Source: a bacterium
Lineage (GTDB): Bacteria > Bacillota > Clostridia > Christensenellales > Pumilibacteraceae
Length of the DNA stretch: 25,477 nucleotides
Reading direction: 5' to 3'
Assembly: GCA_963620055.1 (NCBI GenBank)
Contig: CAVEYH010000001.1
Span: forward strand, 1-25,477
Within the stretch, counting starts at the first letter, position 1. Each line of letters opens with the position of its first letter. Below the pieces are notes generated by a model. That model was given only the letters and a program-made list of their open reading frames with translations, was not told where the DNA came from and did not search any database. This document shows positions 7,967 through 16,323 of the stretch, piece after piece. The position numbers and the translations under genes were made by a program.

Positions 7967-9229
7967 TTACTTTATAATGTCTGTACCCATGTACGGAATC
8001 AAAACTTCCGGTACTCTCACGGTGCCGTCGGGATTCTGGAAGTTCTCTAGGATTGCCGCCGTAGTTCTGCCTACTGCGAGACCGCTACCGTTTAGCGTAT
8101 GGACAAAACCGGTTTTGCCGTCGCGCGTGCGGTACTTGATGTTCATTCTGCGCGCCTGATAGTCGACGAAGTTCGAGCATGACGATATCTCGACGTATCT
8201 GCCGTAAGACGGAAGCCATACTTCGATGTCATAGGTCTTTGCGGACGAAAATCCGAGGTCACCGGTAGATAGGCAAACCACACGATACGGAAGCCCGATC
8301 TTTTGCAAAATAAGTTCCGCTTCGCTAGTGAGCGATTCGAGTTCTTCCCAGCTCTTGTCCGGCATAGTGAATTTCACAAGCTCGACTTTGTTGAATTGAT
8401 GCTGACGAATAAGTCCGCGAGTATCTCTGCCGGCACTGCCTGCCTCACCACGGAAGCATGCAGTGTATGCGCAATAATAGTACGGAAGCGAATCCGCATC
8501 GAGCACGTCTCCGCGATACATGTTCGTCACGGGGACTTCTGCCGTCGGGATCAAGAAATAATCCGTATTTTTTACGGCATAAGCGTCCTCTTCGAACTTC
8601 GGAAGCTGACCGGTACCCGTCATGCTGTCACGATTTACCATGAACGGCGGGAAAATCTCGGTATAGCCGTTTGCGGTGTGCGTATCGAGCATAAAGTTGT
8701 AGATTGCACGCTCGAGTCTTGCGCCCAAACCGCGATAAACGGTGAAACGCGTGCCGGTGAGCTTTGCCGCGGTGGCGGGATCGAGTATCTTTAGCTGATC
8801 ACCGATGTCCCAATGCGCCTTAGGCGTAAAATCGAACTTCGTCGGTTCCATGAACTTACGGATCTCGACGTTTTCCGTATCGTCTTTTCCGATCGGTACG
8901 GTTTTATCCGGAATATTCGGGATGGAAAGCATAGCCATTCTAAGTTTTGATTCGATAGGTCCGAGTTGATCGTCGAGAGCCTTGATTTTCTCTCCGACGT
9001 CCTTCATTCTTGCGATGATCTCGGATGCGTCTTTCTTTTCTTTTTTGAGCGTTGCAACCTGAGCGGACTCGCGATTTCTCTCGGCTTTTAGTGCCTCGAC
9101 TTCCTTTAAGATGTCACGGCGATTGCGGTCAAGTTCTAGGACAATGTCCACGTCGTACTCACCGCTACGAGTCTTCATAGCCGCTTTTACGAGGTCGGCA
9201 TTTTCCACAACAAATTTCACGTCTAACAT
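7967..9229 (-). CDS. serS: Serine--tRNA ligase
   Basis: N-terminal coiled coil, [19 protein letters not shown], motif 2 [32 protein letters not shown] and motif 3 [12 protein letters not shown]. Confidence 0.98.
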   Translation of the reverse strand: MLDVKFVVENADLVKAAMKTRSGEYDVDIVLELDRNRRDILKEVEALKAERNRESAQVATLKKEKKDASEIIARMKDVGEKIKALDDQLGPIESKLRMAMLSIPNIPDKTVPIGKDDTENVEIRKFMEPTKFDFTPKAHWDIGDQLKILDPATAAKLTGTRFTVYRGLGARLERAIYNFMLDTHTANGYTEIFPPFMVNRDSMTGTGQLPKFEEDAYAVKNTDYFLIPTAEVPVTNMYRGDVLDADSLPYYYCAYTACFRGEAGSAGRDTRGLIRQHQFNKVELVKFTMPDKSWEELESLTSEAELILQKIGLPYRVVCLSTGDLGFSSAKTYDIEVWLPSYGRYVEISSCSNFVDYQARRMNIKYRTRDGKTGFVHTLNGSGLAVGRTTAAILENFQNPDGTVRVPEVLIPYMGTDIIK

Positions 9230-9260
9230 AAATCTAACCTTCTTGGTAAATTATACCGCT

Positions 9261-9289
9261 ATTATATACCAATGTCACAAAAAAATCAA
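9261..9289 (-). promoter_or_regulatory. Putative sigmaA promoter of serS
   Basis: Minus strand TTGATT (9284-9289), 17 nt, TATAAT (9261-9266), about 30 nt before the start codon. Confidence 0.7.
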
Positions 9290-9369
9290 GAGTTCACCGC
9301 TTTTTGTGACTAGTTTTTGCGAAAAAATTTGCTTTTGCACGGCACAAACGGTAAACCTTCGGATTTGTC

Positions 9370-9573
9370 TTACTTTACGACCGTATAACCTGCCTTCACG
9401 ACCGCTTTTTCTAGGACTTTGTCGGCAACGTCTTTACTCAACGTAACAACTGCCGTACCCGACTCGTGACTTACGACGGCGGACTCGACGCCCTTGACCG
9501 CTTCTAGCGCATCCTGAACGCGCTTTGAGCAATGTCCACAACTCATACCTTCAATTTTCAATGTTTTTTCCAT
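9370..9573 (-). CDS. Candidate nested in-frame CopZ-like copper chaperone (67 aa) translated from an internal start in copA
   Basis: GGAGG (9582-9586), 8 nt, then ATG (9573) exactly at the HMA domain boundary ([15 protein letters not shown]). Expression is inferred, not shown. Confidence 0.5.
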   Translation of the reverse strand: MEKTLKIEGMSCGHCSKRVQDALEAVKGVESAVVSHESGTAVVTLSKDVADKVLEKAVVKAGYTVVK

Positions 9574-11862
9574 GGTTGTTTCCTCCGTAACCAAATTATT
9601 TTTTTTGCCATCGTGATGGCGATTATAACGTATTTCTTTCTTTGGGTTGAACAGATTGAGCCGTAGCGCGTTGCACACCACACACACGCTGGACAAGCTC
9701 ATTGCCGCCGCTCCGAACATGGGATCCAACTCCCAACCGGTGAGCGGAATCCACGCACCTGCCGCAAACGGTATACACAGCGCGTTGTAAATAAACGCCC
9801 AAAACAAATTCTCTTTTATGTTCGTAAGCGTGCGCTTCCCGAGTCTTAGTGCCTCCGCAACCCCCGACAATCCGTTCCCTGACAGCACAACGTCCGCCGC
9901 GTCTATCGCAACATCCGTGCCCGCTCCTATTGCGATCCCGAGATCCGCGGTTGTGAGCGCCGGAGCATCGTTTATTCCGTCACCGACCATCGCAACTCTG
10001 CCTTGCTTTTTTAGCTCGGCGACTACTTTTTCTTTGCCGTCCGGAAGCACACCTGCGATAACTTCGTCCACACCTGCTACCATACCTACGGCATTTGCCG
10101 TGCGCTCGTTGTCACCGGTCAGCATAACGACTTTTATGCCCATGCGTTTTAGCGCGGCTATCGACTGCACGCCGTCTGTTTTAATCGGATCGGCAACGGC
10201 AATCACCCCCAAAAGTCTGTCGTCAAGCGCAAAATATAGCGGGGTTTTTCCATTGTTTGCGAGTTCGTCCGCACGATACAATATCTCTTCACTCGGCTTT
10301 GCTATCGAGCCTATAAACTTTGCATTACCGCCGTAAATCGTCTTTCCACCGAACACACCGGACAAGCCGTTCCCAGGTCGCGCCTCGAAATCTTCGACTT
10401 CCCCCGCTGTATAGCCCTTCTCTTCGGCATAATCGCAAATCGCTTTTGCCAGCGGATGTTCACTCTTTTTCTCCAGCGAATATGCAAAACTGACAAGTTC
10501 GGTTTCGTCTCCGTCCGCTGTGATAACATCAGTCACTGCCGGATGGCCTTCGGTGATCGTGCCCGTCTTGTCAAGCGCCACAATATCGATCTTTGCCGCG
10601 GTTTCGAGTGCCTCGGCCGTCTTAAACAACAATCCGTGCTTTGCGCCTTTTCCGCTCCCGACCATGATCGCAACCGGTGTAGCGAGTCCCAATGCACACG
10701 GACAAGAAATAACAAGCACCGAGATCGCACGCGCAAGAATAAACCCGATATCTTTGCCGGCTATCGCCCACGCTATTGCCGTGATTGTCGCTATACCGAT
10801 GACTGTCGGAACAAACACGCCCGAAACCTTGTCCGCGATCTTTGCAATCGGTGCTTTTGTCGCCGCCGAGTCTTCGACGAGTTTTATAATCCGCGCAAGT
10901 GCCGTATCTTTGCCGACATTTGTCGCGCGGCAACGCAAAAATCCCGACGTGTTGATCGTAGCGGCACTCACTTTGTCACCCTCTGCCTTGTCTACCGGCA
11001 CACTCTCCCCGGTGAGCGCGGATTCGTTCACCGCCGAAAATCCGTCAATAACCACGCCGTCTACCGGTATGCTCTCCCCGGGTCTTACGACAAACACATC
11101 ACCCACAACCACTTCGGCTGCCGAAACGCTGACCTCTTTACCGTCCCTTTCCAGCGTGGCGGTCTTTGGCGTAAGACTAACAAGGCTCTTTATTGCATCT
11201 GTGGTCTTGCCTTTTGCACGCGCTTCCAACGTTTTGCCGATAGTAATCAGTGTCAAAATCATTGCCGAAGACTCAAAATAAAGCCCGTGCAAGTATTCCA
11301 TCGCTTGCGCTTCGTCTGCCGAAGTCATCATAAACATGACTACAATGCTATATAAGTATGCCACACCCGAACCCATCGCAACCAACGTGTCCATGTTCGG
11401 CGAGCCATGCATTACGCTACGAAATCCGCTGACAAAAAACCGACGGTTTATAACCAGTACCAACGTGGTAAGTAGCAATTCTATCAATGCAAGTGCCATG
11501 TGATTGTGACCGAGCGATTCGGGTAACCACCAGCCCCACATGACATGTCCCATCGAAACGTACATAAGCAAAACAAGTACCACGATCGACGAAATCAACC
11601 GCTTAAGCAAATCTTTCTCTGCTATGTTTTCGCTCTTTTTCGGCTCGATTGCGATACCGTCACCGCTTACGGCCGTTGCGCCGTAGCCTGCCTTCACAAC
11701 GGCGGAAATCACCGCCTCGTCGCCGGCCGTCCCTTCTACACCCATATCACCGGTCAACAAATTGACCGCGCAAGACGTCACTCCGCTCACCTTTTTTACG
11801 GCTTTTTCAACTCTTGCCGAGCAAGCCGCACAACTCATTCCCGTTACTTTGTATTGTCTCAT
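9370..11862 (-). CDS. copA: Copper-exporting P1B-1 ATPase with N- and C-terminal HMA domains
   Basis: N-terminal GMSCAAC, TGES, intramembrane [23 protein letters not shown] and MSLSS Cu(I) ligands, and C-terminal GMSCGHC. It lies directly downstream of csoR. Confidence 0.95.
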   Translation of the reverse strand: MRQYKVTGMSCAACSARVEKAVKKVSGVTSCAVNLLTGDMGVEGTAGDEAVISAVVKAGYGATAVSGDGIAIEPKKSENIAEKDLLKRLISSIVVLVLLMYVSMGHVMWGWWLPESLGHNHMALALIELLLTTLVLVINRRFFVSGFRSVMHGSPNMDTLVAMGSGVAYLYSIVVMFMMTSADEAQAMEYLHGLYFESSAMILTLITIGKTLEARAKGKTTDAIKSLVSLTPKTATLERDGKEVSVSAAEVVVGDVFVVRPGESIPVDGVVIDGFSAVNESALTGESVPVDKAEGDKVSAATINTSGFLRCRATNVGKDTALARIIKLVEDSAATKAPIAKIADKVSGVFVPTVIGIATITAIAWAIAGKDIGFILARAISVLVISCPCALGLATPVAIMVGSGKGAKHGLLFKTAEALETAAKIDIVALDKTGTITEGHPAVTDVITADGDETELVSFAYSLEKKSEHPLAKAICDYAEEKGYTAGEVEDFEARPGNGLSGVFGGKTIYGGNAKFIGSIAKPSEEILYRADELANNGKTPLYFALDDRLLGVIAVADPIKTDGVQSIAALKRMGIKVVMLTGDNERTANAVGMVAGVDEVIAGVLPDGKEKVVAELKKQGRVAMVGDGINDAPALTTADLGIAIGAGTDVAIDAADVVLSGNGLSGVAEALRLGKRTLTNIKENLFWAFIYNALCIPFAAGAWIPLTGWELDPMFGAAAMSLSSVCVVCNALRLNLFNPKKEIRYNRHHDGKKNNLVTEETTMEKTLKIEGMSCGHCSKRVQDALEAVKGVESAVVSHESGTAVVTLSKDVADKVLEKAVVKAGYTVVK

Positions 11863-11869
11863 ATCGCAC

Positions 11870-12232
11870 TCACTTCATCAATTTTTCGACAAGCCGAGCA
11901 AGCTCCTCCGCCGTCTCCGTCCTGCCGTCTCTAAGATCGGTCGTGACACAAGTGCGTATATGCGTGGACAACAGCTCTCGATTGACCGCATTAAGCCCGG
12001 CCACTGATGCCATTACTTGCACAATAATGTCCGTGCAGTACGCATCGTTTTCAACCATCTTTTCTATACCGCGAATCTGCCCTTCGACTCGTTTTAACCT
12101 GTTTACAATCGCCGCGCGTTCTTTCTCCGTGCGTGCTTTCTTTCGTGCGCAACACTCACAAACCGATTTACTGTCTATGGGTGCGCCGTCGCAGTTTTGG
12201 CACTCTATCGTATTTTTTTCTTGTTCCGTCAC
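11870..12232 (-). CDS. csoR: CsoR-family copper-sensing repressor
   Basis: [24 protein letters not shown] (Cys) and HIRTCV (His, Cys) give the C-H-C fingerprint. GTG start with RBS GAGGTG. It ends 7 nt before copA. Confidence 0.92.
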   Translation of the reverse strand: MTEQEKNTIECQNCDGAPIDSKSVCECCARKKARTEKERAAIVNRLKRVEGQIRGIEKMVENDAYCTDIIVQVMASVAGLNAVNRELLSTHIRTCVTTDLRDGRTETAEELARLVEKLMK

Positions 12233-12321
12233 GTCTTCACCTCAAATTATTATTGCACATACTGTTTAACGTTTTTTTCAGTGCATTTGTTTATATATTC
12301 GCAATCGTGTATTTATAATCG

Positions 12322-12340
12322 CATACCCCCTAAGGGTATT
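12322..12340. promoter_or_regulatory. CsoR operator
   Basis: ATACCC-CCTAA-GGGTAT pseudo-palindrome with G/C tracts. The minus strand AATACCCTTAGGGGGTATG closely resembles the Bacillus copZA CsoR box as I recall it. It lies just downstream of the -10. Confidence 0.88.
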
Positions 12341-12343
12341 ATT

Positions 12344-12372
12344 ATTGTACTACCGCATCTGTACCTTGTCAA
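12344..12372 (-). promoter_or_regulatory. SigmaA promoter of csoR-copA
   Basis: Minus strand TTGACA (12367-12372), 17 nt, TACAAT (12344-12349). Confidence 0.85.
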
Positions 12373-12456
12373 GTGTTTTTATAAATTTATACCACAATGC
12401 TTGACTTTGATTTTTTGTAATCACAAAAAAACAAAAATGCGCAAACGCTACTCCAT

Positions 12457-12494
12457 AAAAACAAAAATGCGCAAGTCTCGACTCGCACACTTTT
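12457..12494 (-). terminator. Intrinsic terminator downstream of the ECF-S/patatin/MBL operon
   Basis: Minus strand reads GTGTGCGAGTC-GA-GACTTGCGCAT-TTTTGTTTT, a stem with G-U pairs followed by a U-tract. Confidence 0.75.
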
Positions 12495-12612
12495 GAAACT
12501 CAATATAGGGTTTATCTATGATTTTATGCGCCTTAGGCTAGATCATTATGGTTACGGCTATAAGGCCGTTTCATCGTAAGATTAAGGACGCCATAAGGCT
12601 TTACCGCTATTA

Positions 12613-14052
12613 TTATTTTAAGATCTTCTTGGCTTTTTTGCGGATGGCTTTTACTGCCGGAATGACGATGAGAATGATAACAACTATGGCAAAAATGCAC
12701 AGAGCGATGTACCGCCAATCGACACTCTTTTCCTGAGTTTTTACGATAGGATCCGCGCCATAGAATAGACTGAATTCACTTGTCTCGGAATTGTAACGCA
12801 CGGACAAAACTATCGATCCGTTTTGATCGGTGCGCAAGATATTTTCGTCCTTGAAACCTTCGTTTTTGAACTGAGTCAATTTTTCTTCGTGCGGGTGACC
12901 GTAGCTGTTGTTTAGTCCGCAACTAACGATAATCAGCGTATTAGGGCGTGACTCTTCGGTTGTAATAGCCTCGACATACGCCTCGCCCGTACTCGTTCTA
13001 CTGCCATGGTGACCGGCTTTGATCGCATCCACCGCATAAGTGTCGGTAAACACCGAGAACTTGCCTTCGCCCTCTTTCGCTTTTTCCGCGAACTCGGCTT
13101 CGCCCTCCTTTTCACAGTCACCGCTGAGTGCGATCTTGATGCCCTCGTACTCTAGAATCATGATCGGAGAATAATTGTTCCAATCCTTATAACTGTTGCT
13201 ATTAGGACCGTAGAAACTCAACGTATAGTAGCCGTCCTCGCCCTCGGTCGCAACCGACGAATCCGGCACGATCGGATCGAGCTCGTACGAATTTATATAA
13301 ACCGTATATTCATCGCCGAACTTTTCTCTGCCCTTTTCGGACGCAGAAATTACATCCTTATACGCGGCAGTTGCTTTTGACACGCAATCGGAAGTTAATA
13401 GATCCGCATCGGGATCGATATAGTCCTTGTAATTGCACTTTACGTTCGGGCGGTAAAACGTCTTTGCTGGGTAAGTATTGAGTACGTCGTCCAGCGATCC
13501 GCAGTGATCCGAATCGGTATGCGTGAGTATGGCATAATCAAAATATGTTATTTTGTTGCCGTCTTTGTCGCGAATATTCTCGTCGATATAGTTGAGTAAT
13601 GCGTCTTTTGCGTCCTTGTCTCCGCCGTCGATAATCATTTTCTTGTCGTCGGGGAATTCGACAATACAAGCATCGCCCTGTCCTACGTCCACAAAATGCA
13701 CATTAAGGTCGTCACCTACACTCTCCGTCCTGATCTCTCCGGCCGAAGTGCCGTCATACTCGGCCTCGTTGATTTTCTCAAGTCCGAGCGCAAGGTTGAT
13801 TTGGTTCTCGAACAGCAGACTTACTCCGAGCAATACGCCGACAATGAGTACAATCGCTATTCTTATACCCCAATGCTGTTTTTTAGACTTTCTGCCTTTC
13901 CCGCCGTTGCCGGAATTGCGGTTACCTCCGCCAAAGTCACCGCCAACGATAGTGTCACGATTTGCAGTCTTACTGCTCGTACTCTTCTTTGATTCGGAAG
14001 CAGATTTTTTCTTTGATCCGGATCCGCCCCTATTGTTCTTACTTTCAGCCAT
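12613..14052 (-). CDS. ComEC/Rec2-type metallo-beta-lactamase-fold hydrolase with N- and C-terminal membrane anchors
   Basis: Motifs VHFVDVGQGDA, IDGG, THTDSDHCG, NNYS, SGD, KAGHHGS, NSYGHP and RTDQNG. One TM near residues 63-81 and one near the C-terminus. There is no multi-TM competence channel domain, so it is not full ComEC. Confidence 0.85.
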   Translation of the reverse strand: MAESKNNRGGSGSKKKSASESKKSTSSKTANRDTIVGGDFGGGNRNSGNGGKGRKSKKQHWGIRIAIVLIVGVLLGVSLLFENQINLALGLEKINEAEYDGTSAGEIRTESVGDDLNVHFVDVGQGDACIVEFPDDKKMIIDGGDKDAKDALLNYIDENIRDKDGNKITYFDYAILTHTDSDHCGSLDDVLNTYPAKTFYRPNVKCNYKDYIDPDADLLTSDCVSKATAAYKDVISASEKGREKFGDEYTVYINSYELDPIVPDSSVATEGEDGYYTLSFYGPNSNSYKDWNNYSPIMILEYEGIKIALSGDCEKEGEAEFAEKAKEGEGKFSVFTDTYAVDAIKAGHHGSRTSTGEAYVEAITTEESRPNTLIIVSCGLNNSYGHPHEEKLTQFKNEGFKDENILRTDQNGSIVLSVRYNSETSEFSLFYGADPIVKTQEKSVDWRYIALCIFAIVVIILIVIPAVKAIRKKAKKILK

Positions 14053-14070
14053 AGTTTTTTCTCCTAGCGA

Positions 14071-14943
14071 TTATTTATACATGAGCGCGAGAATCTCGTC
14101 GCATTTTTGCTTTGCCGACTCGTAACCTAATCTATACATCTCTTCGTAACCTTCTTTGTCCGTCGATTTGAACGCGGATAGATCGGGGGCAACGATTATA
14201 TCCGAATTAACAAGTCCATGAACGGAAGCATTCGCTCCCATTATGTCGAACGACGCTTTCAGCACGCTGATAAGTCCCGTTTCGGTAGTGCCTCCTCCGC
14301 GTGTCGGATTTACGTCCACGGTGACGACATTGTCCGCCCCCAGCATGCGGCACACGTCCGCCGGAATATTGTCCAACAGTCCGCCGTCCACAAGATGTTT
14401 TTCGCCTATTACGAGCGGTTTGAAAAATAACGGAACGGTACTGGATGCTGCGGCGGCAGTTGCCACGGATCCCGAATCGAGAATAACTTGTTTACCTTCG
14501 ACGAGGTCGGTCGCAACCGCATAAAACGGTTTTTTCAGGTCTGAAAACTGCACGTCGCCTATAAGATCCGACACAATACGTCCGATCTTCATCGAGTCGT
14601 CCGGTGACCAGATAAAACCTTTTTTAATGTCCTTCATTTCAAGCTTCGAGCCGTAAGCGAGCATGTCTTTCGGCTCCACGCCCGCGGCATAAAGTGCGCC
14701 AACGATACTCCCTGCGGAACAACCGACAACAAAATCAAAATCGATGTTCGCCTCTTTGAACGCTTGCAACGCACCTATATGCGCAAAACCTCTCGCACCG
14801 CCTCCGCCCAAACACAGCGCGGTAGTGCCTCGCTTTTTCAGTTTACCGCCGACAAGTGCACGATTGCGTTTTAACCTGCGCTTGTTCTCGGTCTGCTCCG
14901 CTTTTAGCCGTTTATTTTGCTTGTGATTGTCCCACCATTTCAT
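14071..14943 (-). CDS. Patatin-like phospholipase/esterase (RssA/NTE type)
   Basis: GGGGARGFAHIG oxyanion loop, GCSAG nucleophile elbow and LVDGG catalytic Asp. Confidence 0.92.
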   Translation of the reverse strand: MKWWDNHKQNKRLKAEQTENKRRLKRNRALVGGKLKKRGTTALCLGGGGARGFAHIGALQAFKEANIDFDFVVGCSAGSIVGALYAAGVEPKDMLAYGSKLEMKDIKKGFIWSPDDSMKIGRIVSDLIGDVQFSDLKKPFYAVATDLVEGKQVILDSGSVATAAAASSTVPLFFKPLVIGEKHLVDGGLLDNIPADVCRMLGADNVVTVDVNPTRGGGTTETGLISVLKASFDIMGANASVHGLVNSDIIVAPDLSAFKSTDKEGYEEMYRLGYESAKQKCDEILALMYK

Positions 14944-14950
14944 TATGCTT

Positions 14951-15607
14951 TCAGTTTCCCTTATCGATTTTATTGCCGTTTGTCTTTATTGACTCCGTTT
15001 CGTGCTTTTTGCCTTTATCCTTGTCTTTATTTGCGTGCTCTAACTTTTTGTCCTCGGTCTCGGCATATAGCTCCTCTTCGTCGTTTTCGGTGTGGTGTTT
15101 TACACTCTCGAACAATATAGAAACGCGTGGCATCACAATGAGCGAAACCACGAGCGAAGTGCCGGCTTGGATCAGCCCCGACACAAAATTAAACAGGGAA
15201 GCTTCCCAGCCGTATAACATAAGATCCGTGAGAAAGTATCCCAGCACCATCCACGTACCGGCAATTAGCGTCGAGAATAATCTACGCAAAATCGGACGTT
15301 GTTTGCGGAAAACGTAAGAGTACAATATTCCGCAGAGAAAACCTTCTCCGCCCTTTACAACAAAAGTAAACGGCGCATATACCGCAAATCCCGAAAAAAT
15401 GTCGGCCAGCGACGAACCGATCGCACCGGATATCATTCCGCCCATAGGCCCGAGCAGTGACGCGGCAAGAAAAATCAATGCGTCTCCGAAGTTGATGTAG
15501 CCTTTGCCCCACGGAATTTGCACGAATATCGTGAGAACACATACGAGTGCCGAAAATAACGCGATAAGCACAATATAAAATGTTGTCGATTTGTCGATTT
15601 TCTTCAC
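14951..15607 (-). CDS. ECF transporter substrate-binding S component (substrate uncertain)
   Basis: About 6 TM helices with GYINFGDALIF, GAIGSSLADIFSG and YAPFTFVVKG, plus a charged C-terminal tail. GTG start preceded by GGAG. Confidence 0.85.
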   Translation of the reverse strand: MKKIDKSTTFYIVLIALFSALVCVLTIFVQIPWGKGYINFGDALIFLAASLLGPMGGMISGAIGSSLADIFSGFAVYAPFTFVVKGGEGFLCGILYSYVFRKQRPILRRLFSTLIAGTWMVLGYFLTDLMLYGWEASLFNFVSGLIQAGTSLVVSLIVMPRVSILFESVKHHTENDEEELYAETEDKKLEHANKDKDKGKKHETESIKTNGNKIDKGN

Positions 15608-15670
15608 CGTAGTTCACTCCGAATCTATAACCGCTTTAAGACTACTCTATTATCCCAAATTTTACGGCAA

Positions 15671-15693
15671 GCGGGCAGATAAATTCCGCCCGC
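15671..15693 (-). terminator. GC-rich hairpin after rplI (weak terminator or mRNA-stabilising stem)
   Basis: Minus strand GCGGGCGGA-ATTTA-TCTGCCCGC. Only TT follows, so the U-tract is poor. Confidence 0.5.
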
Positions 15694-15747
15694 ATCCCTT
15701 CGTTTTATTCTTGTAATTTTTGTCGTACGCTCTGGCGCACTTGCTCT

Positions 15748-16191
15748 TTACAGTGCCTCGACCTTGACCTTGATCTTTGCAGAGATCTCGGCGTAAGGCT
15801 TGACTACGACATCGTAAATGCCGACAGATTTAATGACGTCAGGCAATACGATCTTCTTTTTGTCGATATTGATGCCGTTCTGCGCGAGTGCATCCGCAAC
15901 GGCTTGGGTATTAAGCGAGCCGAACAATTTGCCGGTTTCGCCCACTTTTATTTTAACCACAACGGTCGTACCTTGTATGCGGTTCGCGAGTGCCTGCGCC
16001 TCGGCACGTTCCACGGCTTTGCGATGCTCGTCCGCAGCCTTGGATATGCCGATACTGTTGACCATGTTAGCCGTTGCCTCCACCGCCAAACCGTTTTTTA
16101 TGAGATAATTGCGCGCATAACCGTCGCTGACATTGACTATATCGTTTTTCTTGCCCTGACCTTTTACGTCGGCCGTAAGTACTACTTTCAT
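15748..16191 (-). CDS. rplI: 50S ribosomal protein L9
   Basis: [30 protein letters not shown] and GKLFGS; 147 aa. Confidence 0.97.
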   Translation of the reverse strand: MKVVLTADVKGQGKKNDIVNVSDGYARNYLIKNGLAVEATANMVNSIGISKAADEHRKAVERAEAQALANRIQGTTVVVKIKVGETGKLFGSLNTQAVADALAQNGINIDKKKIVLPDVIKSVGIYDVVVKPYAEISAKIKVKVEAL

Positions 16192-16215
16192 AAGAGTTCC
16201 CTCCGATTTTCTTAT

Positions 16216-16244
16216 ATTCTAGCCTAAAACGGCATATTTGTCAA
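16216..16244 (-). promoter_or_regulatory. SigmaA promoter of rplI
   Basis: Minus strand TTGACA (16239-16244), 17 nt, TAGAAT (16216-16221). RBS GGAGGG follows. Confidence 0.82.
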
Positions 16245-16323
16245 GAAATAGTACACCTTAAATAGCACGCCTTGCCGAGCATCGCATGCAATTTTCTCGT
16301 GTATGCCGCTCGGCACAAAAAAA

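Noticed and set aside
9818..11355. Long plus-strand ORFs (172-299 aa) opposite copA, and similar ones opposite the ABC genes and serS
   Set aside because: Typical antisense shadow ORFs of conserved genes, with no motifs and no evident RBS.
12545..12580. Hammerhead- or SAM-I-like look of CGATGAAACGGC...GCCGTAAC on the minus strand
   Set aside because: The hammerhead CUGANGA/GAAA core and the SAM-I P1/P2 consensus are not present. The region is kept only as an unassigned structure.
12613..14052. Calling the MBL gene comEC
   Set aside because: It lacks the multi-pass competence channel domain; only the MBL domain is present.
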